Below, piece after piece: positions 24,451 through 32,979 of a stretch of DNA of 64,000 nt. A model generated the notes under the pieces. The model was not told the origin of the DNA and did not search any database. It worked only from the letters and a program-made list of their open reading frames with translations. This DNA is from Nitrospirota bacterium (GTDB lineage Bacteria > Nitrospirota > Thermodesulfovibrionia > UBA6902), in NCBI GenBank assembly GCA_039715075.1, contig JBDLIC010000004.1, positions 3,041 through 67,040 of the forward strand, given 5' to 3'. The position numbers were made by a program, and so were the translations under genes. Position 1 is the stretch's first letter; every line of letters begins with the position of its first letter.

Positions 24451-25095
24451 ATGATTAAAATTAACGAGATATTTGAAAGCATTCAGGGCGAATCGACATA
24501 CTCGGGTCTGCCCTGTACATTTGTGAGACTGGCGGGCTGCAATCTCAGGTGCACATACTGTGATACGAACTATGCCTATTACAATGGAAAAGAAATATCG
24601 GATGAAGAGATAATTGCAAAGATTGATGAATACGGAGTTAAGTTGGTTGAGTTTACAGGCGGAGAACCCCTGCTGCAGGAAGAAACTCCAAAGCTGATCA
24701 AGACTCTCCTTGACAAGGGATATGAAGTCCTTATAGAAACAAACGGCTCGATCTGTATCGGATGTCTTGATAAGCGGCTCAATATTATTATGGATTACAA
24801 AACCCCAAAAAGCGGTATGAGCGAGAGGATGAGAGTCAAGAATTTCGAGTTCCTGAAGAAGACAGACCAGATAAAATTCGTACTCATGGACGAGTCCGAT
24901 TATATATGGGCAAAAGATATTATAGTAAGCAATAACCTGATCGAAAAGCATGATAATATCCTGATGTCTCCTGCTTTTGATGCGCTTTCTCCGAAATCTC
25001 TCGTTAACTGGGTACTTAAAGATAACCTTCAGGTAAGAGTGCAGCTCCAGATCCATAAATACATCTGGGCTCCTGACGAACGTGAAGGGGTTTGA
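24451..25095 (+). CDS. queE: 7-carboxy-7-deazaguanine synthase QueE (radical SAM)
   Basis: 214 aa; IQGESTYSGLPCTFVRLAGCNLRCTYCDT. Confidence 0.9.
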   Translation: MIKINEIFESIQGESTYSGLPCTFVRLAGCNLRCTYCDTNYAYYNGKEISDEEIIAKIDEYGVKLVEFTGGEPLLQEETPKLIKTLLDKGYEVLIETNGSICIGCLDKRLNIIMDYKTPKSGMSERMRVKNFEFLKKTDQIKFVLMDESDYIWAKDIIVSNNLIEKHDNILMSPAFDALSPKSLVNWVLKDNLQVRVQLQIHKYIWAPDEREGV

Positions 25096-26299
25096 GAAGC
25101 ATAGCACAAAGGGCAGAGAGCAAAGAAGAACAAAAAAAGAATTTGGCCCTGAGCTCAGAAAACTCAAGCATCAAAACCTTCTAAGAAAACTTACCTCCCT
25201 GGAATCATCTCACAATTCAAAGATATCTATAAAGGGGCAGACCTTTATTGATTTTGCTTCCAACGACTATCTCAATCTATCATGTCACCCTGAAATTCTA
25301 GCAACAACTGTTAACGCACTTAAGAAGTACGGATTTGGTTCCGGGGCCTCAAGGCTTTTAAGCGGTACGTATCATGCTCATGAGAGGCTCGAAAAAAGGA
25401 TCGCACAATTTAAGAAGACAGAGGCTGCCCTGGTTTTTAATTCAGGATATGCAGCAAACACAGGAGTTATTCCTGTGATAGCCGGGAAAGACGCTCTGAT
25501 TTTCAGTGATGAGCTTAATCATGCGAGTATTATAGACGGCACCAGACTTTCAGGTGCGGATGTTATGGTTTATAAACACAGGGACATGGATTGTCTTGAG
25601 GCTCTATTAAAAAGAAGTTCCAGCAGCGGGAAAATCAAGAGAAGAATAGTTGTTACAGATACGGTATTCAGTATGGACGGAGATATTGCACCTTTAAAAA
25701 ATCTGGTGACGATCAGCAGAAAATATAATACATTGCTTATGATTGATGATGCTCATGGTACCGGGGTTTTGGGCGAAACGGGCAGGGGCGGGCTGGAACA
25801 TTTCGGGATCAGGGGAGACAGTATTATACAGATGGGCACATTCAGCAAGGCATTTGGGTGTTACGGGGCTTTTGTTGCCGGCAAAAAGGATTTGATTAAT
25901 CTTTTAATAAGCAGCGCCAGAAGCTTTATGTACTCAACATCTCTTCCTCCGGCTGTGGCAGAGGCAGGAGTCAAAGCGCTGGAAATTGTTGCTTCAAGGT
26001 CAGCAAGGTTGAGAAAGAGGCTCTGGAAAAACAGAGAACGTCTTTATCATGGATTAAGAGAACTTGGATTTGATACCCTTGGTTCAGAGACTCCTATAAT
26101 CCCTGTTTTAACAGGTGATATAAACAGGACATTAAAGTTAGGGGAACATTTATACAAAAATAGAATATTTGCACCTGCGATAAGACCGCCGACAGTCAAG
26201 GAAGGAAAATGCAGGACCAGGTTTACCGTAACTGCTGGGCATACGGATGAAGATATTGACAGGCTGCTGGAGGTTATGAACAAGGCGAAGAGGAAATAG
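25082..26299 (+). CDS. bioF: 8-amino-7-oxononanoate synthase
   Basis: 405 aa; class II aminotransferase fold; FSKAFG PLP-lysine motif; bioD downstream. Confidence 0.85.
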   Translation: MKGFEKHSTKGREQRRTKKEFGPELRKLKHQNLLRKLTSLESSHNSKISIKGQTFIDFASNDYLNLSCHPEILATTVNALKKYGFGSGASRLLSGTYHAHERLEKRIAQFKKTEAALVFNSGYAANTGVIPVIAGKDALIFSDELNHASIIDGTRLSGADVMVYKHRDMDCLEALLKRSSSSGKIKRRIVVTDTVFSMDGDIAPLKNLVTISRKYNTLLMIDDAHGTGVLGETGRGGLEHFGIRGDSIIQMGTFSKAFGCYGAFVAGKKDLINLLISSARSFMYSTSLPPAVAEAGVKALEIVASRSARLRKRLWKNRERLYHGLRELGFDTLGSETPIIPVLTGDINRTLKLGEHLYKNRIFAPAIRPPTVKEGKCRTRFTVTAGHTDEDIDRLLEVMNKAKRK

Positions 26300-26306
26300 G
26301 GCAAGT

Positions 26307-26330
26307 AGGGGCAGGTTTGAAACCTGCCCT
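26307..26330. repeat. GC-rich hairpin AGGGGCAGG-N6-CCTGCCCT
   Basis: aggggcaggtttgaaacctgccct immediately after the bioF stop; identical stem arms recur at 27927..27950. Confidence 0.7.
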
Positions 26331-26345
26331 AAGGATATCATTAAT

Positions 26346-27053
26346 ATGGTTTGTTTAATAACAGGTTCATCAAGAGGTCTTGGAAAAGAACTGGCCCTAT
26401 ATTTTGGAAAGAAGGGCTACAGGATTGCTGTGCATTGTAAAGAGAGCAGGACAGAATCGGAAGATGTTGCATCACAGGCTGGCGAATCCATCGTTCTTAA
26501 GGCTGATGTCAGGGTCTGCAAAGATGTAAAGGCTATAGTTGATAAGGTTATCGACAGGTGGGGAAGAATTGATCTGCTTGTTAACAATGCAGGCATTACA
26601 AAGGAGTCCCTGCTCATTAAAACATCGGAAGAGGATTTTGATGATGTGATAAATACAAACCTGAAAGGGCCATTTAACATGATCCGGGCTGTGGGAAGGC
26701 ATATGATGAAGCAGAAGAGCGGGCATATCATTAATATTTCTTCTTACGCGGGAGTTAAGGGCAAAGAAGGACTGTCTGCCTATTCTGCGTCAAAATCTGG
26801 CCTTATAGGACTGACAAAGACTGCTGCCAGAGAATTAAGCAGATACAATATTATGGTCAATGCTGTTCTGCCCGGGTTTATGCTCACTGATATGGGTGCC
26901 GGCTCCAGCGGCACGGCAAAAGAGAAGGCATTAAACGAAAGTCTTGTGAAAGATTATTCTAATCCTGCAAAGATTGCGGAGTTTATCGGAAATCTTTCTG
27001 AAGCCTCAGGGATAACAGGGCAGGTTTTTAATCTGGACAGCAGGATAATTTAA
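26346..27053 (+). CDS. SDR family oxidoreductase (FabG-like 3-oxoacyl-ACP reductase)
   Basis: 235 aa; TGSSRGLG cofactor motif; YSASK catalytic motif. Confidence 0.85.
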   Translation: MVCLITGSSRGLGKELALYFGKKGYRIAVHCKESRTESEDVASQAGESIVLKADVRVCKDVKAIVDKVIDRWGRIDLLVNNAGITKESLLIKTSEEDFDDVINTNLKGPFNMIRAVGRHMMKQKSGHIINISSYAGVKGKEGLSAYSASKSGLIGLTKTAARELSRYNIMVNAVLPGFMLTDMGAGSSGTAKEKALNESLVKDYSNPAKIAEFIGNLSEASGITGQVFNLDSRII

Positions 27054-27071
27054 TTAATATTTTGAAGATTT

Positions 27072-27169
27072 AAATCCCCCTTTGGCAAAGGGGGATTTAG
27101 GGGGATTATTAAAATGATTTTAGTATGATTATAAAATCTCCCCTAACCCCTCTTTGCCAAAGAGGGGAA
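27072..27169. repeat. bipartite palindromic intergenic repeat, copy A (~100 bp)
   Basis: hairpin aaatccccctttggcaaagggggattt + agggggatt + AT-rich spacer + aatctcccctaa + hairpin cccctctttgccaaagagggg; homologous copies at 49509..49598 and 63914..63960. Confidence 0.85.
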
Positions 27170-27182
27170 ATATAAAAAGAAA

Positions 27183-27887
27183 ATGAACAAAGGCATATTT
27201 ATTACAGGGACTGATACAGGGATTGGTAAAACTTTTGTAGCCTGCGGATTAATCAGGGCCATGAAAGAAAAGGGAATGAATGTCTGCCCGATAAAGCCCG
27301 TAGAGTCCGGATGCCGGTCGGTCAGAGGGGAGCTTATTCCGTCTGATACAAAAAAACTTATCAAAGCATCAGGTATTGACGAACCAATCGATTTAATCAA
27401 TCCATACAGGCTGAAACATCCGCTTGCTCCATCAGTTGCTGCAAAAATCGAGGGAGTAGCGATTAATAAGAAAAAGATATTTTCCGCATATAAACGGTTG
27501 TCAAAAAAGTATGACATTACAGTTGTTGAAGGGGCAGGGGGTATTATGGTACCTGTTTATAAAAAATATCTTTTCCTTGATCTTGCAAAAGATCTGGACA
27601 TTCCGGTTGTGATTGTTGCAAGGCCGGGTCTTGGAACGATTAATCATACTCTTCTTACAATTGAAGCTCTCAGGAGTAATGGATTGTCTGTTGCCGGTGT
27701 GATAATTAATTGTGCAGTGAAATCCGGAAAAGGATTGTCCGAGAAAACTAATCCTGAAGTTATTGAAAAGCTTGGGGGTGTCCCTGTGTTAGGCTCGGTA
27801 CCGCATGATAACAACACTGCTTTTATCCCTGTAAAAAAAGTATTTGTTCAGATAATTGAAAAGATGCTGCTGCGGTTAATGGGTTGA
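27183..27887 (+). CDS. bioD: dethiobiotin synthetase
   Basis: 234 aa; FITGTDTGIGKT P-loop. Confidence 0.9.
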   Translation: MNKGIFITGTDTGIGKTFVACGLIRAMKEKGMNVCPIKPVESGCRSVRGELIPSDTKKLIKASGIDEPIDLINPYRLKHPLAPSVAAKIEGVAINKKKIFSAYKRLSKKYDITVVEGAGGIMVPVYKKYLFLDLAKDLDIPVVIVARPGLGTINHTLLTIEALRSNGLSVAGVIINCAVKSGKGLSEKTNPEVIEKLGGVPVLGSVPHDNNTAFIPVKKVFVQIIEKMLLRLMG

Positions 27888-27926
27888 AATTGATTTTAAA
27901 ATACTAACAACATCCCACAACGATTT

Positions 27927-27950
27927 AGGGGCAGGTCTTGTGCCTGCCCT
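27927..27950. repeat. GC-rich hairpin AGGGGCAGG-N7-CCTGCCCT (second copy)
   Basis: aggggcaggtcttgtgcctgccct after the bioD stop; same stem as 26307..26330. Confidence 0.7.
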
Positions 27951-28048
27951 GTCTGTATCGCCTATTAGCAATTCTAAATAAAGGGCGCCCGCAAGAGTCG
28001 CCCCTACAATTTGACTAAAGCATTTAAAATCAGTTAATTTGAACGACC

Positions 28049-28885
28049 ATGAGACATCCTGAATGGATAAAAGTTAAATCAACAGGTACACATAATACAA
28101 AGAAAATCCTGAGGCATCATGGAGTATCCACTGTCTGTGAAGAAGCACGGTGCCCCAATCAGGGAAAGTGCTTTTCACAGAGTACCGCCACATTTATGAT
28201 CCTTGGCGACAGGTGTACCCGAAACTGTTCCTTTTGTGCAGTAGAATCATCAGCACCCCTTCCTCTTGATCCTGGTGAGCCAGGGAAAGTTGCTGAGGCA
28301 GCTTCTGCTCTGGGGCTCAGGTTTGTGGTAATAACATCTGTCACGAGAGATGATCTTCCTGACGGCGGGGCAGAGCAGTTTGCCAAAACTATTGAAACTG
28401 TTAGGGAGATAAATAAATCAATTAAAATAGAGGTTTTAACCCCTGACTTTAAAGGAGATAGTGAGGCGCTCAAGACAGTACTGGATGCGCGGCCGGATGT
28501 GTTTAATCATAATATCGAGACTGTTCCATCATTATATAAAAATGTAAGGCCCATGGCTGACTATAACACATCGCTGAATGTACTCAGGACCGTAAGGTCA
28601 CTCTGTCCGGATTTGAGAACCAAATCGGGTATGATGCTCGGCCTTGGAGAATCAGAAAAGGAGGTCCTGTCGGTAATGAGTGACCTGAGAAATGTTGATT
28701 GCGATTTTTTAACGATAGGTCAATATCTGCAGCCCCGGAGAACGAACATTTCGCTGGTTGAATATGTAAAACCGGAGGTCTTCGAACAATACAGGATCAA
28801 AGGTCTCGAAATGGGTTTCAAGGCAGTTGCCTCATCACCCCTTACCAGAAGCTCAATGGATGCGGGAAAAATGTTTGATGGATAA
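28049..28885 (+). CDS. lipA: lipoyl synthase
   Basis: 278 aa; CEEARCPN auxiliary cluster motif and CTRNCSFC radical-SAM motif. Confidence 0.92.
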   Translation: MRHPEWIKVKSTGTHNTKKILRHHGVSTVCEEARCPNQGKCFSQSTATFMILGDRCTRNCSFCAVESSAPLPLDPGEPGKVAEAASALGLRFVVITSVTRDDLPDGGAEQFAKTIETVREINKSIKIEVLTPDFKGDSEALKTVLDARPDVFNHNIETVPSLYKNVRPMADYNTSLNVLRTVRSLCPDLRTKSGMMLGLGESEKEVLSVMSDLRNVDCDFLTIGQYLQPRRTNISLVEYVKPEVFEQYRIKGLEMGFKAVASSPLTRSSMDAGKMFDG

Positions 28886-28888
28886 TCC

Positions 28889-28913
28889 TCAGATTGCACA
28901 GATTGCACAGATT
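28889..28913. repeat. tandem 9-mer array CAGATTGCA x2.7
   Basis: cagattgca cagattgca cagatt directly after the lipA stop; inverted partner array at 29063..29089. Confidence 0.75.
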
Positions 28914-29062
28914 AAAAAAATTGAAAAAAAGAATTTAATAAACTAGCAGGCAGGGAACTGACTCTTAAATTCAATTAATGTATTTCAGTAATAGCACAAA
29001 AGTTTTGGTTACAATTTTTGGATATTTATTTTATATTAGTCAGTGAAAGTTTGTGCCATAAT

Positions 29063-29089
29063 AATCTGTGAAATCTGTGTAATCTGCGG
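29063..29089. repeat. tandem 9-mer array AATCTGTGN x3 (inverse of 28889 array)
   Basis: aatctgtga aatctgtgt aatctgcgg, 19 to 45 nt upstream of the aminotransferase ATG; reverse complement of the CACAGATT units. Confidence 0.75.
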
Positions 29090-29107
29090 ATTAAAGAAGG
29101 AGATTCA

Positions 29108-30280
29108 ATGTACGAATTCAAAAGAATAAAACGGTTACCGCCTTATGTGTTTGCAATTGTTAACCAGCTTAAGATGGAGGCAAGAAGAAAGGGGGAGGAT
29201 GTAATAGACCTGGGTATGGGAAATCCGGATCAGCCTACCCCTGACCATATTATTGACAAACTGGTGGAAGCAGCCAGAAATCCGAAGAACCACAGGTATT
29301 CTGCCTCAAAGGGTATAACGCAGCTGAGAATGGCGATATGCGAATGGTACAAGAGACGTTTTGATGTTGATCTGGATCCTGAAACCGAAGCAGTGGCCAC
29401 TATCGGTTCAAAAGAGGGGTTGTCTCATCTTGCGTATGCGATGATTGAGCCCGGCGACCTGGTGTTGACGCCTGCGCCTGCCTATCCGATCCATCCGTAC
29501 AGTTTTATCCTTGCGGGTGCAGATGTGAGAAGCATCCCTGTACAGAAGGACAAGGATTTCTTTGAAACCATGGAAAATGAATTTAAGGCCACATGGCCAA
29601 GACCCAAAATACTTCTGATGAATTTTCCGCATAACCCGACGACTACCTGCACTGATATTGAATTCTTTAAGAGAGTGGTTGACTTTGCGAAGGAAAACAA
29701 TATTATTGTTCTTCATGATTTTGCATATGCTGACCTGACATTTGACGGATACAAACCACCGAGTTTTCTGCAGGTACCGGGGGCCAAGGACGTGGGCGTT
29801 GAGTTTTTTTCTCTTACAAAGAGTTATTCCATGGCTGGCTGGAGGGTAGGTTTCTGCTGCGGCAACAGGGAAATTGTTGGAGCACTTACCACCATTAAAA
29901 GCTATCTCGATTACGGGATGTTTCAGCCTATACAGATTGCCGCGATTATCGCTTTAAGAGGACCGCAGGATTGCGTAGGGGATATAGTCAAAGTCTATGA
30001 GAGCAGGAGAAATGTATTAATACAGGGCCTTAATAATGCAGGATGGATAGTTGAGCCGCCCAAGGCTACTATGTTTGTATGGGCTGAAATACCGGAACCC
30101 TTTAAAAAAATGGGCTCTCTGGAATTCACAAAGTTTCTCTTGAAAACAGCAGGTGTGGCTGTTTCACCCGGAATTGGTTTCGGCCCTGCCGGAGAAGGAT
30201 TTGTACGTTTTGCCCTCGTAGAAAACGAGCACAGGATAAGACAGGCGGCAAGGGGAATAAAGAAGGCGTTAAATAATTAA
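29108..30280 (+). CDS. class I/II PLP-dependent aminotransferase (AspC/AlaT-like)
   Basis: 390 aa; [16 protein letters not shown]-terminus; PLP lysine [10 protein letters not shown]. Confidence 0.85.
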   Translation: MYEFKRIKRLPPYVFAIVNQLKMEARRKGEDVIDLGMGNPDQPTPDHIIDKLVEAARNPKNHRYSASKGITQLRMAICEWYKRRFDVDLDPETEAVATIGSKEGLSHLAYAMIEPGDLVLTPAPAYPIHPYSFILAGADVRSIPVQKDKDFFETMENEFKATWPRPKILLMNFPHNPTTTCTDIEFFKRVVDFAKENNIIVLHDFAYADLTFDGYKPPSFLQVPGAKDVGVEFFSLTKSYSMAGWRVGFCCGNREIVGALTTIKSYLDYGMFQPIQIAAIIALRGPQDCVGDIVKVYESRRNVLIQGLNNAGWIVEPPKATMFVWAEIPEPFKKMGSLEFTKFLLKTAGVAVSPGIGFGPAGEGFVRFALVENEHRIRQAARGIKKALNN

Positions 30281-30282
30281 AA

Positions 30283-30371
30283 ACTGTTCCAACCGTTCCA
30301 ACAGTTTTAACTGTTCCAGCAGTTAACGGCTCAAGCGGCTGAAACGGCTGAAACGGCTGGAACGGTTTTTT
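30283..30371 (+). terminator. compound repeat-hairpin terminator (inverted 9-mer arrays + T6)
   Basis: Array ctgttccaa ccgttccaa cagttttaa ctgttccag and an inverse array aacggctga aacggctgg aacgg, followed by tttttt. Confidence 0.55.
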
Positions 30372-30461
30372 ACATCTTGAATAAATCCCTTTATTTAGAG
30401 CATAATATCAAGTTAGATATAATCTGAGAAAACTCAAAATAGTATGAAATCAGGAGTATAA

Positions 30462-31772
30462 GTGAGAAAAGACGCTGTAAATGTAGGTATTATCGGTTTT
30501 GGCACTGTAGGGGTGGGGACTGCAAAGATTCTCTTGAACAGGCAAAAAAAGCTTGAGAAAGAGCTGGGGTTTCCTGTTGTTCTGAAGAACATTGCCGACC
30601 TTGATACAAAGCGAGACAGGGGCGTTAAACTCAAAAAAGGTGTACTGATAAATGACGCTGCTGCAATATTAAATGATCCTGAGATAGATATTATTGTAGA
30701 GCTGATTGGTGGAATTCACCCTGCAAAGGAAATGGTAATTGAGGCTGTCAATAATAAAAAACATGTGGTTACTGCAAATAAAGCTCTTCTTGCAGAAGAG
30801 GGTAGTGCCATTTTCAGGGCTGCAGGGAAAAATAAAGTGGATGTTGGTTTTGAAGCTTCAGTCGCCGGATGCATACCTATTATTAAGGTTGTAAGAGAGT
30901 CAATGATCGGAAATGAAATAAGGAACATATACGGGATCATTAACGGGACTGCTAATTATATACTGACAAAAATGACAGAAGAGGGTGTTGATTTTGAGTC
31001 TACCCTTAAGGAGGCACAGGCACTGGGATACGCGGAGGCAGACCCGACTTTTGATATTGAGGGTATTGATTCCGCGCACAAGCTTGCGATACTGGCGACG
31101 CTTGCATTTGGAATACCGTTTTCATTGAAAAAGATCCATACCGAAGGTATTACCGGGATAACCCCGCTGGATATACAGCTTGCATCTGAGTTGGGGTACA
31201 AGATCAAACTACTTGCAATTGCAAAACAGTCAGGCAAAGACATAGAAGTAAGAGTTCACCCTACAATGCTGCCTAAAGGTGAACTTATTTCTAATGTCAA
31301 CGGCGTCTTTAACGCTATTTTTGTTGAAGGTGACGCAACCGGCGATTCCCTTTATTACGGCAAGGGAGCTGGTGAAATGCCGACTGGAAGCGCTGTTGTG
31401 AGTGATATTATAGATATTGCAAGAAATATAAGGACCGGAGCCACAGACAGGATCAGGAGTGTTGAGGTTTCAGCAAACTCAGGCCCGAAGATTAAAAAGA
31501 TGGAAGATATACGGACCTGTTATTACCTTCGTTTGTCTGCCATTGACAAGCCGGGCGTACTTTCCAAAATATCAGGGATTCTGGGCAAGCATAATATAAG
31601 TATTGAATCGATGATCCAGAAAGGAAGAAAAAAAGAGAAGGCCGTGCCCCTGGTCATGATGACACATGAAGCCAGGGAAAAGGACATGGTCCGGGCATTA
31701 CGGGAAATCAAGCGACTTTCCGCCATATCCGGAGAGCCCATGTACTTAAGAGTTGAAGGAGGTAAAAACTGA
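30462..31772 (+). CDS. hom: homoserine dehydrogenase
   Basis: 436 aa; GTG start; NAD-binding VGIIGFGTVG; C-terminal ACT domain. Confidence 0.93.
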   Translation: MRKDAVNVGIIGFGTVGVGTAKILLNRQKKLEKELGFPVVLKNIADLDTKRDRGVKLKKGVLINDAAAILNDPEIDIIVELIGGIHPAKEMVIEAVNNKKHVVTANKALLAEEGSAIFRAAGKNKVDVGFEASVAGCIPIIKVVRESMIGNEIRNIYGIINGTANYILTKMTEEGVDFESTLKEAQALGYAEADPTFDIEGIDSAHKLAILATLAFGIPFSLKKIHTEGITGITPLDIQLASELGYKIKLLAIAKQSGKDIEVRVHPTMLPKGELISNVNGVFNAIFVEGDATGDSLYYGKGAGEMPTGSAVVSDIIDIARNIRTGATDRIRSVEVSANSGPKIKKMEDIRTCYYLRLSAIDKPGVLSKISGILGKHNISIESMIQKGRKKEKAVPLVMMTHEAREKDMVRALREIKRLSAISGEPMYLRVEGGKN

Positions 31773-31773
31773 A

Positions 31774-32022
31774 ATGAGTGATGAAAAGATAGATAAAAAA
31801 CTTGATATAAGGGGCGAAAAATGCCCGTACACGCTCGTTAAATCAAAACTCGGTGTCGAGAGTATTGAAGTAGGCCAGGTGATAGAAATTCTATTGGATT
31901 ATCCCGAGGCTGCAGACAGCATCCCGAAGGCGATGCTTAATTACGGCAATGCAGTACTTAAAGTCGAAAAAATAAACCCAAAAGAATGGATTATTCATGT
32001 AAGAAAAGAGGTTGAAGACTGA
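31774..32022 (+). CDS. TusA-like sulfurtransferase
   Basis: CPYTL motif in DIRGEKCPYTLVK; ATG at 31774 has a GGAGGT SD 9 nt upstream; the track ORF start at 31753 is a TTG. Confidence 0.75.
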   Translation: MSDEKIDKKLDIRGEKCPYTLVKSKLGVESIEVGQVIEILLDYPEAADSIPKAMLNYGNAVLKVEKINPKEWIIHVRKEVED

Positions 32023-32822
32023 TGGACTTTAATGAAGAGCAATTAAAAAGATACAGCAGACATATTATCCTGCCTGAAGTAGGGGGCAAGGGTCAGAAAA
32101 AAATATCCGCGGCAAAGGTCCTGATGGTTGGTGCAGGCGGGCTTGGATGCCCTGTCGGCTATTACCTTGCTGCTGCAGGAGTCGGCACCATTGCTGTCGT
32201 AGACAATGATGAGGTGGAACTCAGCAACCTTCAGAGACAGATTGCGCACAGCGTGAAGACACTGGGTGTAAATAAGGCCGAATCTGCCAAGCAGACCTTC
32301 GAGGGGCTTAACCCGGATGTAAACGTAGTAACAATAAAAGAGAGATTAAACAGTAAAAATATCCTTGATCTGATGAAGGATTATGATATTGTTGTTGACG
32401 GTACGGACAATTTCCCAACACGGTATCTTATAAATGATGCATGTGTAATGCTGAAAAAACCCCTTGTGAGCGGAGCAATTCTGAGGTTTGAAGGACAGAT
32501 AACAACAATATTGCCGGGTGAAGGGCCGTGTTACCGCTGTTTATTTGAAGAGCCGCCTCCGGCAGGGCTTGTCCCGTCGTGCCAGGAAGCAGGGGTACTT
32601 GGAGTGCTGCCGGGTGTTATAGGTGCGCTTCAGGCAACAGAGGTCCTTAAACTAATACTGGGCAAGGGAAAGCCTTTAAGCGGCAGCCTGCTTATATATG
32701 ATGCACTCGGAGTAAATTTCAGAAAAGTTAAAATCCCTAAAAACGATGACTGTCCGGTCTGTGGGAAAGATCCGAAGATCACGGACCTGGAAGATCTTCC
32801 GGAAGAGTATTGTTCAATTTAA
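32022..32822 (+). CDS. ThiF/MoeB family sulfur-carrier-protein adenylyltransferase (E1-like)
   Basis: 266 aa; GAGGLGCP nucleotide motif; C-terminal CYRC...CPVCG zinc motif; no rhodanese domain. Confidence 0.88.
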   Translation: MDFNEEQLKRYSRHIILPEVGGKGQKKISAAKVLMVGAGGLGCPVGYYLAAAGVGTIAVVDNDEVELSNLQRQIAHSVKTLGVNKAESAKQTFEGLNPDVNVVTIKERLNSKNILDLMKDYDIVVDGTDNFPTRYLINDACVMLKKPLVSGAILRFEGQITTILPGEGPCYRCLFEEPPPAGLVPSCQEAGVLGVLPGVIGALQATEVLKLILGKGKPLSGSLLIYDALGVNFRKVKIPKNDDCPVCGKDPKITDLEDLPEEYCSI

Positions 32823-32825
32823 AAA

Positions 32826-32914
32826 GGATCCAAGGGGTCCAGGGTTCAAGGATTCGAGTGAAAGAAAAATCAGTTTCACTTGAACCCTCGAATCCTTGAA
32901 TCCTTGAATCCTAG
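32826..32914. repeat. inverted tandem-repeat arrays (GGNTCCAGG-type 9-mers vs CCTTGAATC-type)
   Basis: ggatccaag gggtccagg gttcaagga ttcgag ... cttgaaccc tcgaatcct tgaatcct tgaatcct, between moeB/thiF and the ThrC paralog. Confidence 0.7.
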
Positions 32915-32979
32915 ACTCCTGGTAATAAACAGGAAATATTTTACTAAGTATAGAAGTAATATTGGAGGCAAATTAAATT

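Noticed and set aside
24403-25167. 254-aa minus-strand ORF
   Set aside because: It fully overlaps queE, which has strong radical-SAM motifs, and has no recognisable domain. It is an antisense artefact. The same reasoning applies to 3703..4200, 4216..4653, 35979..36545, 45901..46407, 46749..47279, 48258..48701 and 52672..53236.
28889-32914. CRISPR array
   Set aside because: The tandem repeats here are 7-9-bp units without spacers, arranged as inverted arrays. There are no 25-40-bp repeats, no spacers and no cas genes.
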